Shown here piece by piece: positions 26,897 to 39,426 of a stretch of 64,000 bases of DNA. The translations under genes were made by a program, and so were the position numbers. How positions within the stretch are numbered: position 1 is the first letter of the stretch; each line of letters starts with the position of its first letter. The notes beneath the pieces are model-generated. The model ran no database searches, was not told the origin of the DNA, and was given only the letters and a program-made list of their open reading frames with translations. The DNA is from Camelus ferus (lineage: Eukaryota), in assembly GCF_009834535.1 (NCBI RefSeq), contig NC_045697.1, positions 16,680,001 through 16,744,000 of the forward strand. Direction: 5' to 3'.

Positions 26897-27812
26897 CTTG
26901 AAGAGGATCTACTGCCTGGGGACCTTGATCTTGACCTGGAATATGGTGATCGGGAACACGACCTGCGTCGAGAAAAGGACCTTGAAGGAGAGCGCATCCT
27001 TTGGGGTCTTTGAGAAAATAAGGATTTGGGTGGTGACACGGAATCTCTACACGGAGAGTTAAAAGAAGAGCAAGAAGGCGACACATCGAACAACGAATAG
27101 GGTTGCGCGCCATCCCATGGGGAGTTCAGTTTATCACTTTCATCTTCGCTGTCATCAAACAGGCCATCCATGGCTAGTCCTGAATTTATAAACATAGGTA
27201 GTTTGGAGAATTGTTCATTACTGAAATCACTGTCCCTCAGTTCACTGGTCTTGTCTGCTTCGTCGTCAAAAACAGCTCGACTGGGATGGCCGAAATGCTT
27301 GTTCAGCTCAGCTCGGATTTCCTGGTCTTGGAGCTGTTTTCTGGTGCTGCCGGGAGAGACCTGCCTGCTCGCCTCCGAAGTCTCTCTCAGGTAGCACTGG
27401 TCTGAATCTGTGGAAGGGCACATCTGCCCCTGCCAGTCGGAGGAAGCATCTTTGTATTCTAGTTGTCTAGAGTCTTGGAGCTCCTGTGATATATTAATAA
27501 GTATTTCCGTTTTGGAATTAATTGACTGACAATAGTCATGGTCACCAAACAGCCGCAGACTGGGCCGCCTGGCCTTCCTTTCCTCGTGTCCACTGGTGAG
27601 CACTGAGGTCTTGCTGAGCTGTGCGTACAACTCCGACTGCTCCGGCCCTTTCTTGGTGGGGTTATTGCCTTGGGTACCAGAAGACTCACTGTACCGGGGC
27701 TTCTTTGATGGCGGAGGTACCACAGTCTTGCAAGAGGGCTTCAGCTTTGGAGAAGCCCTAAAAGGGTTATCTTGGTTGGCTTTATGAGGAGGAGTTGTGG
27801 GTGGAGTTAGAC
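26897..27812 (-). CDS. PPARGC1A: PGC-1alpha exon 8 (916 nt; LTPPTTPP, KKPRY, DHDYC HCF-binding motif, first RS region)
   Basis: Boundaries cctcag|GTCTAACT ... CTTCAAG|gtaaac; overlaps ORF 26893..27723. Confidence 0.98.
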
Positions 27813-30800
27813 CTGAGGTAAGAACAGGAAAAAAAAAAAAAAAAAAAAGGGAGAGAAAAAGAGAAAAGAGACAGGGATAATGCTGTTAAGCTCCAGAATC
27901 TGTTTTCCTAATTTTTCCAAGGTTTCAGACAATGATTAAAACTCAGGGAAAAGAGAAGGAAACTAAATTCACGACAATACCTGAAAAAGTGACTCTGTCC
28001 CCCAGAGCCTCTGGCACCAAGAAAAGATGGATCCACAATGCAAGGCAGCACTGGAAGCCGCGATATTTTGTATTTCAAGCGCCAATGCTAATAGACCCGG
28101 CTTCCCAGAGAACACGGATGTGTCACCACTGGCCTCCACAGCACCAAAGCTCAGATTTTCAAGGGCATTTTACAGTTTGTGTTATGGAAAATTAACGCGG
28201 CAGGACTCAGGGGAATCATAGAATAGCTTTGGTAGCATTTGTCTGCAAAGAACGCTGGGGAGGATGCATGTGGGTCAGGACTTTTTGTACCATCAAGGAT
28301 ATCTACCCACGCAGCCAAAGAATGAGGCGACTTTAAAAAAAAAAAAAAAAAAAAAAAAGGAAGGGATGACTGCAAATGCCAGCAGGGTGGGAATGACACG
28401 GGCAACTTCAAAGTAAGTTTGGTAAAATCCAGCAGGCGAGCGCAGGGCACCAGACAACTCTCCAACCTGACGGCAATGATTCTTTGTCTCCACAGTTCAT
28501 TAACTTAGTAAACCGTGGCTAATGTAGGTATAATACATTCTTGTAAGCATAACTAATACATTCTGTCTAAAATATGATTCTGCAACAGAAACCTAAGAGA
28601 ACAGTAACACTAAATACTGCAGTGCCAGCGGACCATTTTATTTGGAGCAGCACATCGGGATTAAAAGGAATCCAAGCTTTTCGCAAATAACTAATTAAAG
28701 AAATGAAAAACTAAAGGAAGAAGGGAAAAAACAAAACCAAGCAAAACCTGGCAGTTGTTGCCTTTCTACAGAAGGGCAGACAATTCCATCAGAAGTCACG
28801 ATGGGGAAGCCTGTGAAGGCTGGTTGCCTCTGTTCAGTTTCATCCCCGAGTGAGTCCTTCTCATCCCTTTGTGCCGAGGAAGAAGAATTGTGGAATGACT
28901 CCAGAGTCAGGGAACTTTGAAGAAGGGCAGGCTGGAGTTCAAATAACTTTATGCTTACAAGGGAACATTTTAGTTTACAATACACTTTTTATTTAGGAGA
29001 ATGGGTGAATGCTATTCAGCAAAAAAAAAGAACTTCAAGTCTGCTAACAAGCCTGGGGTTAGACTTAAGGCAACTGCATATTTCAAGGCGAGGCAGAGAA
29101 ATCTTACCTTGCTGGGCGAAAAAAAAAAGTATATATATTTATCAAGAACCAAGTAGGTCACAGAAAGCCACAAGAAATTTTGGTATGAACACAAAGACAC
29201 TGCCTCTCTCCCCCACTTTACAATAAAGAAATAGAAGAAATGAATATTTTCCTTAACTTGAAAGATTTTGCACCCGCATTTGGCAAAGTTTATTATGCAC
29301 AGTTAATTCTCCCTAAATAAGGGAAGAAAATGTCCAAAAATGCAAAGCTTTTTTTGACTTTTAGAAATCTATCGCAGGAAAGTTTAGAATGACAGGGACA
29401 TGCAAACACAAAGAGAAGAGGACACTGCTCTCCCTTAGTGCCACATCCGAGTCTCAGGAAAGCTTCCCTTTATTATCAGCCTACTGTTTGCCTACCCTCC
29501 ACTCTTGGCTCGAAGATAACAGGGGCAGGGGGGTGGCTGGGAGGAGAGACATTACTGGATGAGTCATCGCTATCAACAAAGCCCACTCATCCTGTGCTCC
29601 ATCGTTCACAGACAAGTGTAACTTCCACTCAACCTAAGAAATCCCTACATGGCCAATCTCCCCTCCCCCCTCCCCTTCCCCTCCGTCTGTCCCTCCTCCT
29701 CCTCCTCTCCCTCCTCCCCTCAACTCTGGCTCTTTCTCTTTCTTTCCCTTATTTCTCTCTCCTTGTTTCCTTCACTTTTTGCACTGCCCCGTGCATTCAC
29801 ACTGATTTCTACCACACGCTACCTTCAATGACCACTACACCAAATTCAAAGATACTAATTCTCAGCAAGCAAATGACAAGCTCTCAAACATTTCTCACAG
29901 GAAGCTAAGATGCTCGTAGAAACAATGATGAATAACCTCTCTTTAATGAGTAAATAAGTCAAATACTCCAAATGACATAGCCTCTGAGTTGGGGAAAATG
30001 ACATTCAACCTCCTCAAATGCAACTCTGTGACTCTTTTCCTGATACTCTGAATTAGGGCAATTTTTACTTTTCCAATAATTTACTGCCAGGATCACTCAC
30101 CTGATGCTCATCAGATATTGCTACGTTTTCCTGCTTATCTCTTTTTGAATGTGAATTATATCTTGTCTCTCCAAACAGATTAGAAACTCTTAGTGGAATG
30201 TTGCTTGGGCCACGCTTTTTGCAAAATTTTTCACTCCTTTTGATTTTTCTGGATCCTCCTTTACTTGTGAGTCTCCCATTTCGGTGGCCCAGGGGTCACT
30301 TGGGAAGGTGGTCAAATATTTTTAATGACAAAGTTCACAGACCACATACGGAGAGCCACTGTGCTGTCGTGTTATGAGGTCCCCTGCCTTGATCTCAGGT
30401 ATATGTATTTTGACTGACATTCTAGACTTATAAAAAGAAACTCTAAACTTCAGAAACACCAAATTAGGCCACTATTAAAGAGAGACTAGTTCTAAAAATA
30501 GCTCAGCTATCTAGGGATTTTAAATATAGAAATTCTTTTTAGTCTTGAACATTCGAAACCCTTGTCCTTAGAACCTAAGCTCATTATCGCTTAAATAACT
30601 AGTTCTCAAGCTGCTCTTGGAAGCGCCGACACCCACTCTGATTGTAGTTTCTTGGAGTGAAAAACAAAGTCTTTCACTTCTTTCACTTATTAGATGGCCT
30701 GTGGCAATTAAACAGACATTTGCTGAGCAACTACTATGTGCTGAATATTCCACCGTACGCTGGCATTTCAGGGACTCAGCTCTCAGGACTCCCTCATTCT

Positions 30801-33800
30801 TTTCAATAAAGAGATAATTGTTTAAAATTTGCAGTAGGTACACTTTCTTGCCTATCTGCTTAAAATTTACAGGAACACTCTGAGATAACCAAGTACACCC
30901 GGTGAGTGAAACCATCAGGGCTGCACCTTTCTGTCGGCAAGGCTGGTGAAAACAACCAACAACACTCGCTTAGTAGAGGGAACTTATTCTAGGGTCCGAG
31001 AGTAGGTGGGTAGGGAAAACTGATTCAGATCTTTCCCTGAACTTTTTTACTGTTTACAGAAACTCCTTTTATCCAAGAATACCCTAGAGCAAGACTGAGA
31101 AATCTCAAGTATCCCAAAACTTCCTACCACCAGCGCCTAATTGAAAATCTATTTCCAGATTGAGTTGAGACTCAGAGCAAAATGAAGTACAAGAAGCACT
31201 TTTTTTTTTTTTCCTTTCAACACAATGTCCAACTTTCAGTTGCTGAGGCTGCAACAGGGAACCCCTGACTGCACAACTGAACTAAGTGGATTTCTCTCAC
31301 CCCATCTCCCCGACCCAGAATCTCTTCCCCGGTGGGCAGAGGGCAGCCAGTACTCAACGCCTCAGCGCCACTACCCTGGCTCATCTTCCTACTAATCGCC
31401 AGACTCTCAATTTCATCCCACAAGCCTAAATCAACAGTGCTAATGCCTCCCATAACCTCCGGATTCTTTCCTGTGTGTTGATTTTCTGGGGAATGTGTAC
31501 ATTTTGGTGTTGACAGTACCAGGTATATTCCATGCTCTCTCTTGAACTTAGCAGGTTTTGACAGATTTATGTGAGGACAGATGGCCATTACAGGCTGAAG
31601 GCTGACAAGAGGCAGTTCAGAACATTGTTAACACACTTGCACAAACTCTCAGCAGTGCAGCACTGTGCAGAATGTAATTCAGACTATAGCTTTTTTATTG
31701 CTGCCTATTTTCTTTTGTCAAAAGAGCCTGCTGTGCAGAGCAACAAATGGCTGCTATTACCCAGAATGTAATGGGTGTCAGACAAATCACGTAACACAAA
31801 CAATCAAGAGTATGTAGGTCATATTTCAACAGAGCACAACCTTAGCAATATTTATGATTACTGCATTGAAATGTGCTCTATAATAAACAAGTACCTCTAC
31901 ATCACTTACACTTACGCACTTCTGCACAGCAAATCTGGGGGAAGTGGGACACACTCCACAGTTATCTTTTTCAACAGCCCCTTTTTTTTTCCAAAAAAAA
32001 AAAAAAAAAAGTCAGAGACAAGTTTTGTTTTCTTTTGTTTTTCATTACGTGCTATAAAACGATTTCCTTTGAGGAGTTCTCTTGTTGGGTTTCTTTGCTT
32101 AATTGAATGACTCTGATAAATGGGGAGTCCTCTGCTCAGTGTTTTGTGTTCCGCTCTTCACCCAGTGATTTCAGCAAGGCTTTTTTCTTTTCAGTAGTTT
32201 ACACAATTTTCCTGTTTACATTTGACAGAATCGACCGCTAAATCTGTGACTCGCTTTGGAGTTTGACAGTGGGATTCTTCTTGGTTCGCATGCCAATTCC
32301 AATATTTCTTAAGGAAAAATAATGAGAAGATGTGCTTCTGATTTGCTTTAAAAACCCACCAAAAAAGGAGGGACTGGGCAGACTTGGGAGACTGTGACTT
32401 GAGTTCCACGCACATATTTTAGTCCTCAAGAACTTGGAGTGGATGTCAAGAGAACACAGGAAGGGCTGATAGTCCATAGGAACTGTTACTGCTACATCAG
32501 TTGTTAAAATATTTTCTTGATAAAAGCTCCTCCAGGGCCCTCTCTTCACCCCTAACTTCCCCCAGACTCCCTGGATCTCCACAAGAGCTAGCAACCAAGG
32601 TGTTCACACCTGGTACAGAAGGGCCTCCCACCCCATTCTGGTACCCAAGCTGGCATGTCCAGTCTGACAGATGGAGACCCTGTCTTTACTCCCTTTTAAG
32701 TATGTCCTACATCACCCCGGATTACTGGGGAACACACTGGCCTTACAGAAAAGCTTCAGAACATTCCTATGACACATGTCTAATTCCCCAACTCTTGCTC
32801 ATGGAAGCGGAAGATAATATAAACTGGCCCTCAGGCACTTTGCCACAGACCTGGGGCAGGAGAGGGGGTCCGGGTGGGAGAGGGAGGAGTCGGTCTTTGC
32901 AGGTGTCTCCCACCAAACCCCTGAGGCTGATGTGGGTAAGCGTATCACTTTACTATCTTTGGCTTAAAAGAAATTGGATAGTACCATTTCCAGAAAAGAA
33001 AACTGAAGAACTTTTCAGATGCTGGGGAGAGAAGAATGAGATTAAAAACTAAAAAAAAAATGAAGGAGATGCTTGAAATATGGAAGAAATTCCTGTCAGT
33101 ATGAGTTGCCAAACATTGGAATGGGCTATAAAAGGAATTTGTCGGGCCTCCCTTTCTTGGCATCTTCAGGCACAGGAATGGATTATATGACCTGTCAAAA
33201 TCACTTTCCAGTTCTCTGTCGCTGTGGTTTTCCTTTAAAACTACCAACTATTGCTTACATTTTGCTTTGGTCTATTTCTCTACAGATAAGTCACATCCAA
33301 AAGACGTCTATGGCAAAAGGGTACAGCAAATTTATGCTGTTTGTCAATATTCTAGCCAGCAAAATGAACTTTTAAATGGGAAGTCCAAAAAAGACAATCT
33401 AAAACTCCACATAAAAGAATAAGAAATTACTCATTGATTGGTTAATGAGTGGGTTTTTTTAAGTGCAAGTCTACTGAAGTGCACTTTGAGTGACTGCCAG
33501 TTTAAACCAAGGGAAGACATTGAGTGAAAGACAAATGACACCAAAAAATCAGAATTCTGCCATCATGATAATCAAGGGGAAACGTACATCTCAGTGGAGG
33601 AAAACACTGCTAAGGCAGGGTGTTAGGGTGAAGAGACTGCTGATTATTCCGTTTTTCTCATTTTCTTAACTAGCTGTAAAATAATTATATTGTTTCTTAT
33701 TACCTTTATAGTAGTAACAATAAAACATTTATATAAAATACACATAAATATGTATACATATATACATACACACACATATGTAAATAAAATACGGCTGTCA

Positions 33801-33992
33801 GTCACTTTGGTCCCTAACTAAATCCCTCCATGTCCTGCAGTTAAAACCATCATGTTGTTGAGCTGACACTGCTTTGCCATTCCCATTTCAGTAACAAAAA
33901 GTCTAGCACTCTGCAACTCTCCATATGCAATAGATTTAAATGCCTTCTGCCAAAAGAGCATTCTCTTTCCTCTCATCTTGCTTTACTAACAG

Positions 33993-34021
33993 CTATTTTG
34001 AAATCAAATTAGTTTTTACAC
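33993..34021 (-). CDS. PPARGC1A: Alternative exon 8a coding part in intron 7 (G-VKTNLISK-stop)
   Basis: cttttacag|GTGTAAAAACTAATTTGATTTCAAAATAG is in frame with exon 7. The peptide matches my recall of the human isoform 8a C-terminus. Confidence 0.75.
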
Positions 34022-35331
34022 CTGTAAAAGAGAAGCGTTTTTTTTATCAGCCAAAATGAGCTAGTTTAGGACAATCACAAAGTCAGACCATCTGGTGATA
34101 CCTAATAAAGCAAACTTCCTATCTCACCCCTCCTGTTTCCCAAAGACGCTGCAGATGGGGCAGAGGGCTGATTCTGGAGGTCTTAGAATTTTGTTGACTC
34201 TTTGCATTTTCACTTAAAGGTTTGGAAAAATCTCACTAAAATTTGTGAGAGTAAAGAAAAAGAAGACACCAGAAAGGCCTGGGAAATAGCTTGATCCATT
34301 TCCTCAGTCCCAACTAAACACATCAAGGGTGTACACCAAGGATCAACAAATCAACAACATGAATGCTGTCTCCACCCCATCTACCCTCCTGCTGCACCTG
34401 TGGCAGACATCACTAATCGATCATGACACTCCCACTGAGTACAGACTTGGCCTTAGAATCCTTCTCAACACAATGCTTCTGGCAGCCGATACCAATCAAT
34501 GACACTTGGCAAGTGAAATCAAACCTAAAATTTAACATAACAGATGCCCACTACTATCTTTAAAATTCAGGCTTCAGGAAAAAGACATCATCTCTAGTCA
34601 GACAGACCAGCCTTGAACCCAGGGTCCACCACAGACCTAGAATCAACATATTGCTTTTTCCTCAACAATTAAATGGGCAGAGAGTCGAAAAAAATAATAC
34701 ATGTGAAGTGCCTACTAGGGAGTGTCTAACCTCCAGGATTTGCAGTGACAGCAGAAGTATCTGTTGTTAAGAGAATATCCAAGAGGAGATTTTCCTACTT
34801 TGATTTGGCAAATCCCACACCCACACCTAAAGCATGGGGTACCTGACCACAAAAAGAATACATAACTTCACATATGAGAGTGCCAAAGAGGAGAGAGCAT
34901 GAAGGCCAATAAAAGGAAACAGGTAAAGGTAGTCAAAAATCAAACCGATGAGTAGCAAGGAACAATGACATCTGCAGGTGAATTTAACATAGGATTAGTA
35001 ATCAACCAAATCGATTGAACACTTACATATGCTGGCACTGGACTCAGCTTTGTTCGTGTTTGAGCTCATTCAATTCTCACAGTGACTCAGTGAGATGTAG
35101 GTACTGTCATTAGCATCATTTGCTACATGGGCATCCTGAGTCTCACAGAATTTAATTAAATTGACCAAAGGTCATAAAGCTAAAGGAGAGTAGATCCAGA
35201 ATTTGAACTTGGGTCTGTCCAACATCAGAGCCAAATTTTGTCCAGCTTCACTCAACTACGCTGTGTGATTTTTAGAAATCATAATTGACTGCTTTTATTT
35301 GGAGCTTTGCAGCTTACAAAATATACTGGTT

Positions 35332-35411
35332 CAGACTGAACCACATGAAATTGCCTTTTTTTTGGTATGTCAAAAATGTTGAATACTGGCAGTTTTATGT
35401 TTCCACATATA
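35332..35411. mobile_element. MADE2-like Mariner MITE (~80 bp)
   Basis: tgaaccacatgaaattgcc...tcaaaaatg..gaatactggcagttttatgtttcca with imperfect terminal inverted repeats. Confidence 0.6.
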
Positions 35412-36599
35412 CTTTAGTATCTTCTGTTCCACCGCTATCTTCTCCCCTTTCCACCTAAACGCTTGAAAATCTGATGCAAACACTTTTCTCCCTTAAGGCT
35501 CCCCAAGTCAGTGGAGAGCTCAATTTCCTCCAAACGCCTTTTCAGAAACCAGCTCTGTCATTCACTGCATAATGGTATCGCCTTAATGCTTCTCTCAGTC
35601 CTGAGCTGTCTTCACAATGCTTTTCAAACTTTTGCACACTCGAGGTATTTAATGTGAAGCTATGTTACAGTGTTCCCTTTGATAACTTCTTTTCTTCCCT
35701 TTGGTGATTTTCTTGAGGCACAGTGTTTGTCACATCCTCCAAACACGACTACATGAAAAATTTTACTAAAGATGTTTAGTGGAGATAGAGGTTGTGAACG
35801 TTACTCACTGTCTAGCATTTCAAACCCACAACACAGCTATCAAAGAAAACAAAACTAAACAAAACAAAACCCTGTCCTCCCCCCACCGCCCCCTGCAGGC
35901 AGGTTTCAAACTTGTCCCTCCAGCCCCCTTCTACAACCTCCAAGTCTTCTTCATCTCTTAAATCTCCTGCAGCTCTAAATTATTTTGTATGTAATGCAAT
36001 TTGACCACACATCTGCTTGCCTAATTTGCATCTGCACTCTGAATACTACCGTGCTTAACAAATGAAAAAGCAACCTCTGGACCCACATTCCTTAGGAGGT
36101 AGCAAAACATGATAAATAATAAACAATATTTTCCTTTCATGTTACTTGTGTACAATACGTATGATTTTCCCAACTGACTATAAGCCCAAATCTTGAACAC
36201 AAGAACATAAACAGCACCTACTGTGAGCCAAGTATGATACTCCATACTTTGCACACTTAGTCTCTATGTCTTACATTTGCTGTTACAATCCCAAGACCTA
36301 TCACATTGCAAGCATAGAGCACGTATTAAAAATATGTTGGTAAACTGATTTCCACTGTACTCAACAATCTTTCAAAGCACTGAAAAAAAAGAGATTTGAA
36401 TGAGTACGCTGAATTCTGGTTCACCGACAGAAAGAAATCCACTGCATATATTTTTAAGGATTTTAAGTGGTTTTTTAAAAAACTTCTTCATTAAACCTTT
36501 ACTGGCCTTTCAAATTTATAACTAATTTATTTAAAATTAGGTGTCTATCAATAAAAGAAGTATTAAAACTTCTGACAAAAAGAAAATAAAAATAAGTGC

Positions 36600-37230
36600 T
36601 TTTTTGGTAACACAATAATTTCACCAATAGTAGAAATGCAAATTAAATGATATTTTAATAAATTAGCAGCACATTTTAAAAACAAAGATATTCAATGCTG
36701 GCAAGGATGTAATAAAGCAAATATATAGACATAGGGCTCACAGGGTGATAAATGGAAATGCCTCTTTTGGAAAGTAATGTGGCAATGTGTATCAGAAGCC
36801 CCCCAAGATATTTATATCCTTATAGTCAGTTTAAACAACTACTAGGAATTTATTTTGAGAAGTATAAAAATTCACCAACAAAGGTTCCCACTGCAGTGCT
36901 ATTTCCAAATACTAACCCTTGAAAACAACCTAAATATATAACAGTAAAAGAATAATTCAATAAATGTTGATAAAGTTTGATGTACCTACTCAAACCTACT
37001 GTAAACTACTGTTACACAGCAAGCTAAGAGCCTGATAATAAAAGGTCTGTGATGATGTAAAACTTCCTTATTAAAACATTAATTGAAAAATCAGGATGCA
37101 ACGTTCCGTATATACAAAATGATCACAGATGTAAAAATATCCACAGAAAACAATGTAGAATGATGAACAATTTTTTCCTCTAGTTTGTATTTTTGATATT
37201 TTTAATAGTAAGTTTATATTATTTACAATC
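36600..37230 (+). mobile_element. Old L1M 3' fragment
   Basis: tgctggcaaggatgt...cttttggaaagtaatgtggcaat...actaggaatttat...aaacaacctaaat; boundaries approximate. Confidence 0.55.
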
Positions 37231-39197
37231 AGGGAAAAATTTAAAAAAATATATTTCTCTAATGGAAAGCTTGGTATTGGTATATACAGTGGAAGCTTTC
37301 TCAATCCTGTCTAAAATACAGTTACTCACACCCACCGGCATTCTGAATACTCGGAGTTAACAGATTCCTTTCAGCTGCGTTCTTATTGTGTGTCAAGGTA
37401 GTGTGTTTTCCCAAATCCATTAATGTCCATCATACTGGTGACTGAAATTATGTAAGATAATAAAATATGATGTGAATGAATGAGATATGAGTAAGAAAAG
37501 TTGTTTCTCTAAAAAGACCCAATAAAGGTATGTCATTAAAAGAAGGGCTATCAAATTACAGGGTGGTATCAGAAAATACTGGGAAAACATGGGGAATTAT
37601 GATTATGATTTATGTAAAAAAAAATAAAAATCTAGAATGATTCTTCACTCAGCCTACCACACTAATATCCTTAATTCTTTTCCTTCAGAAAGCAAGAAAG
37701 GAGAAGTGGCTACCATCTCTGAAGCATTACTAGTGCAGGATGTGCCAGGAAGATGAACGGATTCCCAGTTAGCAAATTTAAGTTCACGGCAAAGGTCTCT
37801 GTCTTATGCCAAAAGTTTTATATTTGAATGTATATTTATGTTTTAAGCAAAGGAAAAGGACAAAACTGTGTATACGTCAATCAACTTTTTAGATAAATCT
37901 AAGCACTCACTCACTGATCAGCTAAGAAAGCCTCTACTGCACCTAATAAATACACACAAAAGTTGCTTGTAATCACATATGCAATTGTAATTTATTTAAG
38001 AATGATACTATGTATATGCTTTATAAGTGAATACATGTGTGTCTATGTATAGAATAATATATTTATATATGTGCACACACACACAAAATATATATAAATA
38101 CCATGAAATTAACTGCTCTGCTGCTTGACCAAATCATGCAATCAGGCAATAGACCTTTCATAAGGAGGTAATTTAGCAAACTCAAAGTGTGAAATTAAAC
38201 TTAGTGACAATGACCACGGTGCGTGTAGGCACCACAGTTCTGGTTGAGAGCATCTTGTTTAACTTACTGTTCCTTTTCCCTTATCAGCAATGGCCAGAGC
38301 CAGGAAACTCCTTGTTCAGACATCCTCAGATTCACTTTCTGGTGGGGTTCAAGTACCGAAACCCGAGCACTTAGTGCAAAGGTGCCGTCTGCACTCAACT
38401 CAGAAGTCTACCCAGGAACTTTTTGGATTAGTAAGTTTCTTAGGGGTTAGTTCAAGTTTTAAAGCTTCTTCCTCTTCAGAACATGAAGGAAGACTGGCCA
38501 AATGAGTTCAGAGGTCCCAATGGTGAAGAAAATTGCTCTTGTTAAAAAAAAGTTAAGGACATTATGTTTTGGTGAATGGGTACATTTTCATCTTTCTCCT
38601 TTTGCTGAAAAGGTATAAAAATAGTAACTTATATAGGAGGGCATTATACGGTTAAGTATAATGGAGAGAGAGGAAATACTTCATGTGAAGCATTGATCAT
38701 TAGGAAACCTGGGTTCAAATCTTTGTTCCTTGCTTTCTAGCTCTGTGATCTTGGGCAAGTTAATTAATATCTCTGAACCTTATTTTCTCATCTTAAAAAT
38801 TAAAAAAAAAACAAACTGCCACCATTCTCATGAAGTCGCTGTGAAATTAGCCAAAACCACTTATACACTTGGCCTGTTTATTGAATGGGAGACCAATAAA
38901 TGTTCATTTCTTCTCCTTTTCAAGTTTTGGTGTCTTAATGTGAAATAGGTTTATTTGTGGATCGAAATCAGTAATATACATAAAGGGGCTGGCCCAGGCC
39001 TGACACACAATAAATGTCTCCTTTTTAAAAAAAATAAAAATAAACAACTGAAAATATTTATAGAAACTTCCTATCCAATGTTGTTTGCATTCTTTGTTAA
39101 TTTCATTAATCACCTAGCGAATACACTCTATTGTTTAATATACAATTCACAGACATGCTCACCCACACAAAAGGTCCAGGTGAAATGTAAGGCTTAC

Positions 39198-39271
39198 CTG
39201 CAGTTCCAGAGAGTTCCACACTTAAGGTTCGTTCAATAGTCTTGTTCTCAAATGGGGAACCCTTGGGGTCA
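39198..39271 (-). CDS. PPARGC1A: PGC-1alpha exon 7 (74 nt; DPKGSPFENKTIERTLSVELSGTA)
   Basis: Boundaries cttccag|TGACCCC ... ACTGCAG|gtaagc. Confidence 0.96.
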
Positions 39272-39302
39272 CTGGAAGATATGGCACATTTATAAAAACA
39301 AA
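39272..39302 (-). other. PPARGC1A: 31-nt alternative acceptor extension of exon 7 (exon 7a, NT-PGC-1alpha) with in-frame TAA
   Basis: Upstream AG at 39304-39303; insert TTTGTTTTTATAAATGTGCCATATCTTCCAG gives N-L-F-L-stop (TAA 39292-39290), the known NT-PGC-1alpha ending. Confidence 0.9.
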
Positions 39303-39380
39303 CTGAAATGGAGTTGCTGTAGCCAAATGTATTAGAACCCCCTTCCCTTTCTGAAAATGGTTACATTTCTTAATACTTAC

Positions 39381-39426
39381 TTTGGTGACTCTGGGGTCAG
39401 AGGAAGAGATAAAGTTGTTGGTTTGG
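39381..39426 (-). CDS. PPARGC1A: PGC-1alpha exon 6 (46 nt; KPTTLSLPLTPESP, p38 sites/phosphodegron)
   Basis: Boundaries ctttag|CCAAACC ... CACCAAA|gtaagt. Confidence 0.96.

Noticed and set aside
28307..28330. Possible 24-nt in-frame microexon (VASFFGCV) behind a T24 tract in intron 7
   Set aside because: AAG acceptor and weak GTAGAT donor; poly-T runs create such candidates by chance.
32501..33052. 183-aa plus-strand ORF in intron 7
   Set aside because: Non-ATG start, no recognisable homology; consistent with a chance ORF.
37315..37940. Possible old Tc1/mariner (Tigger-like) relic
   Set aside because: Too decayed to assign family or boundaries by eye.
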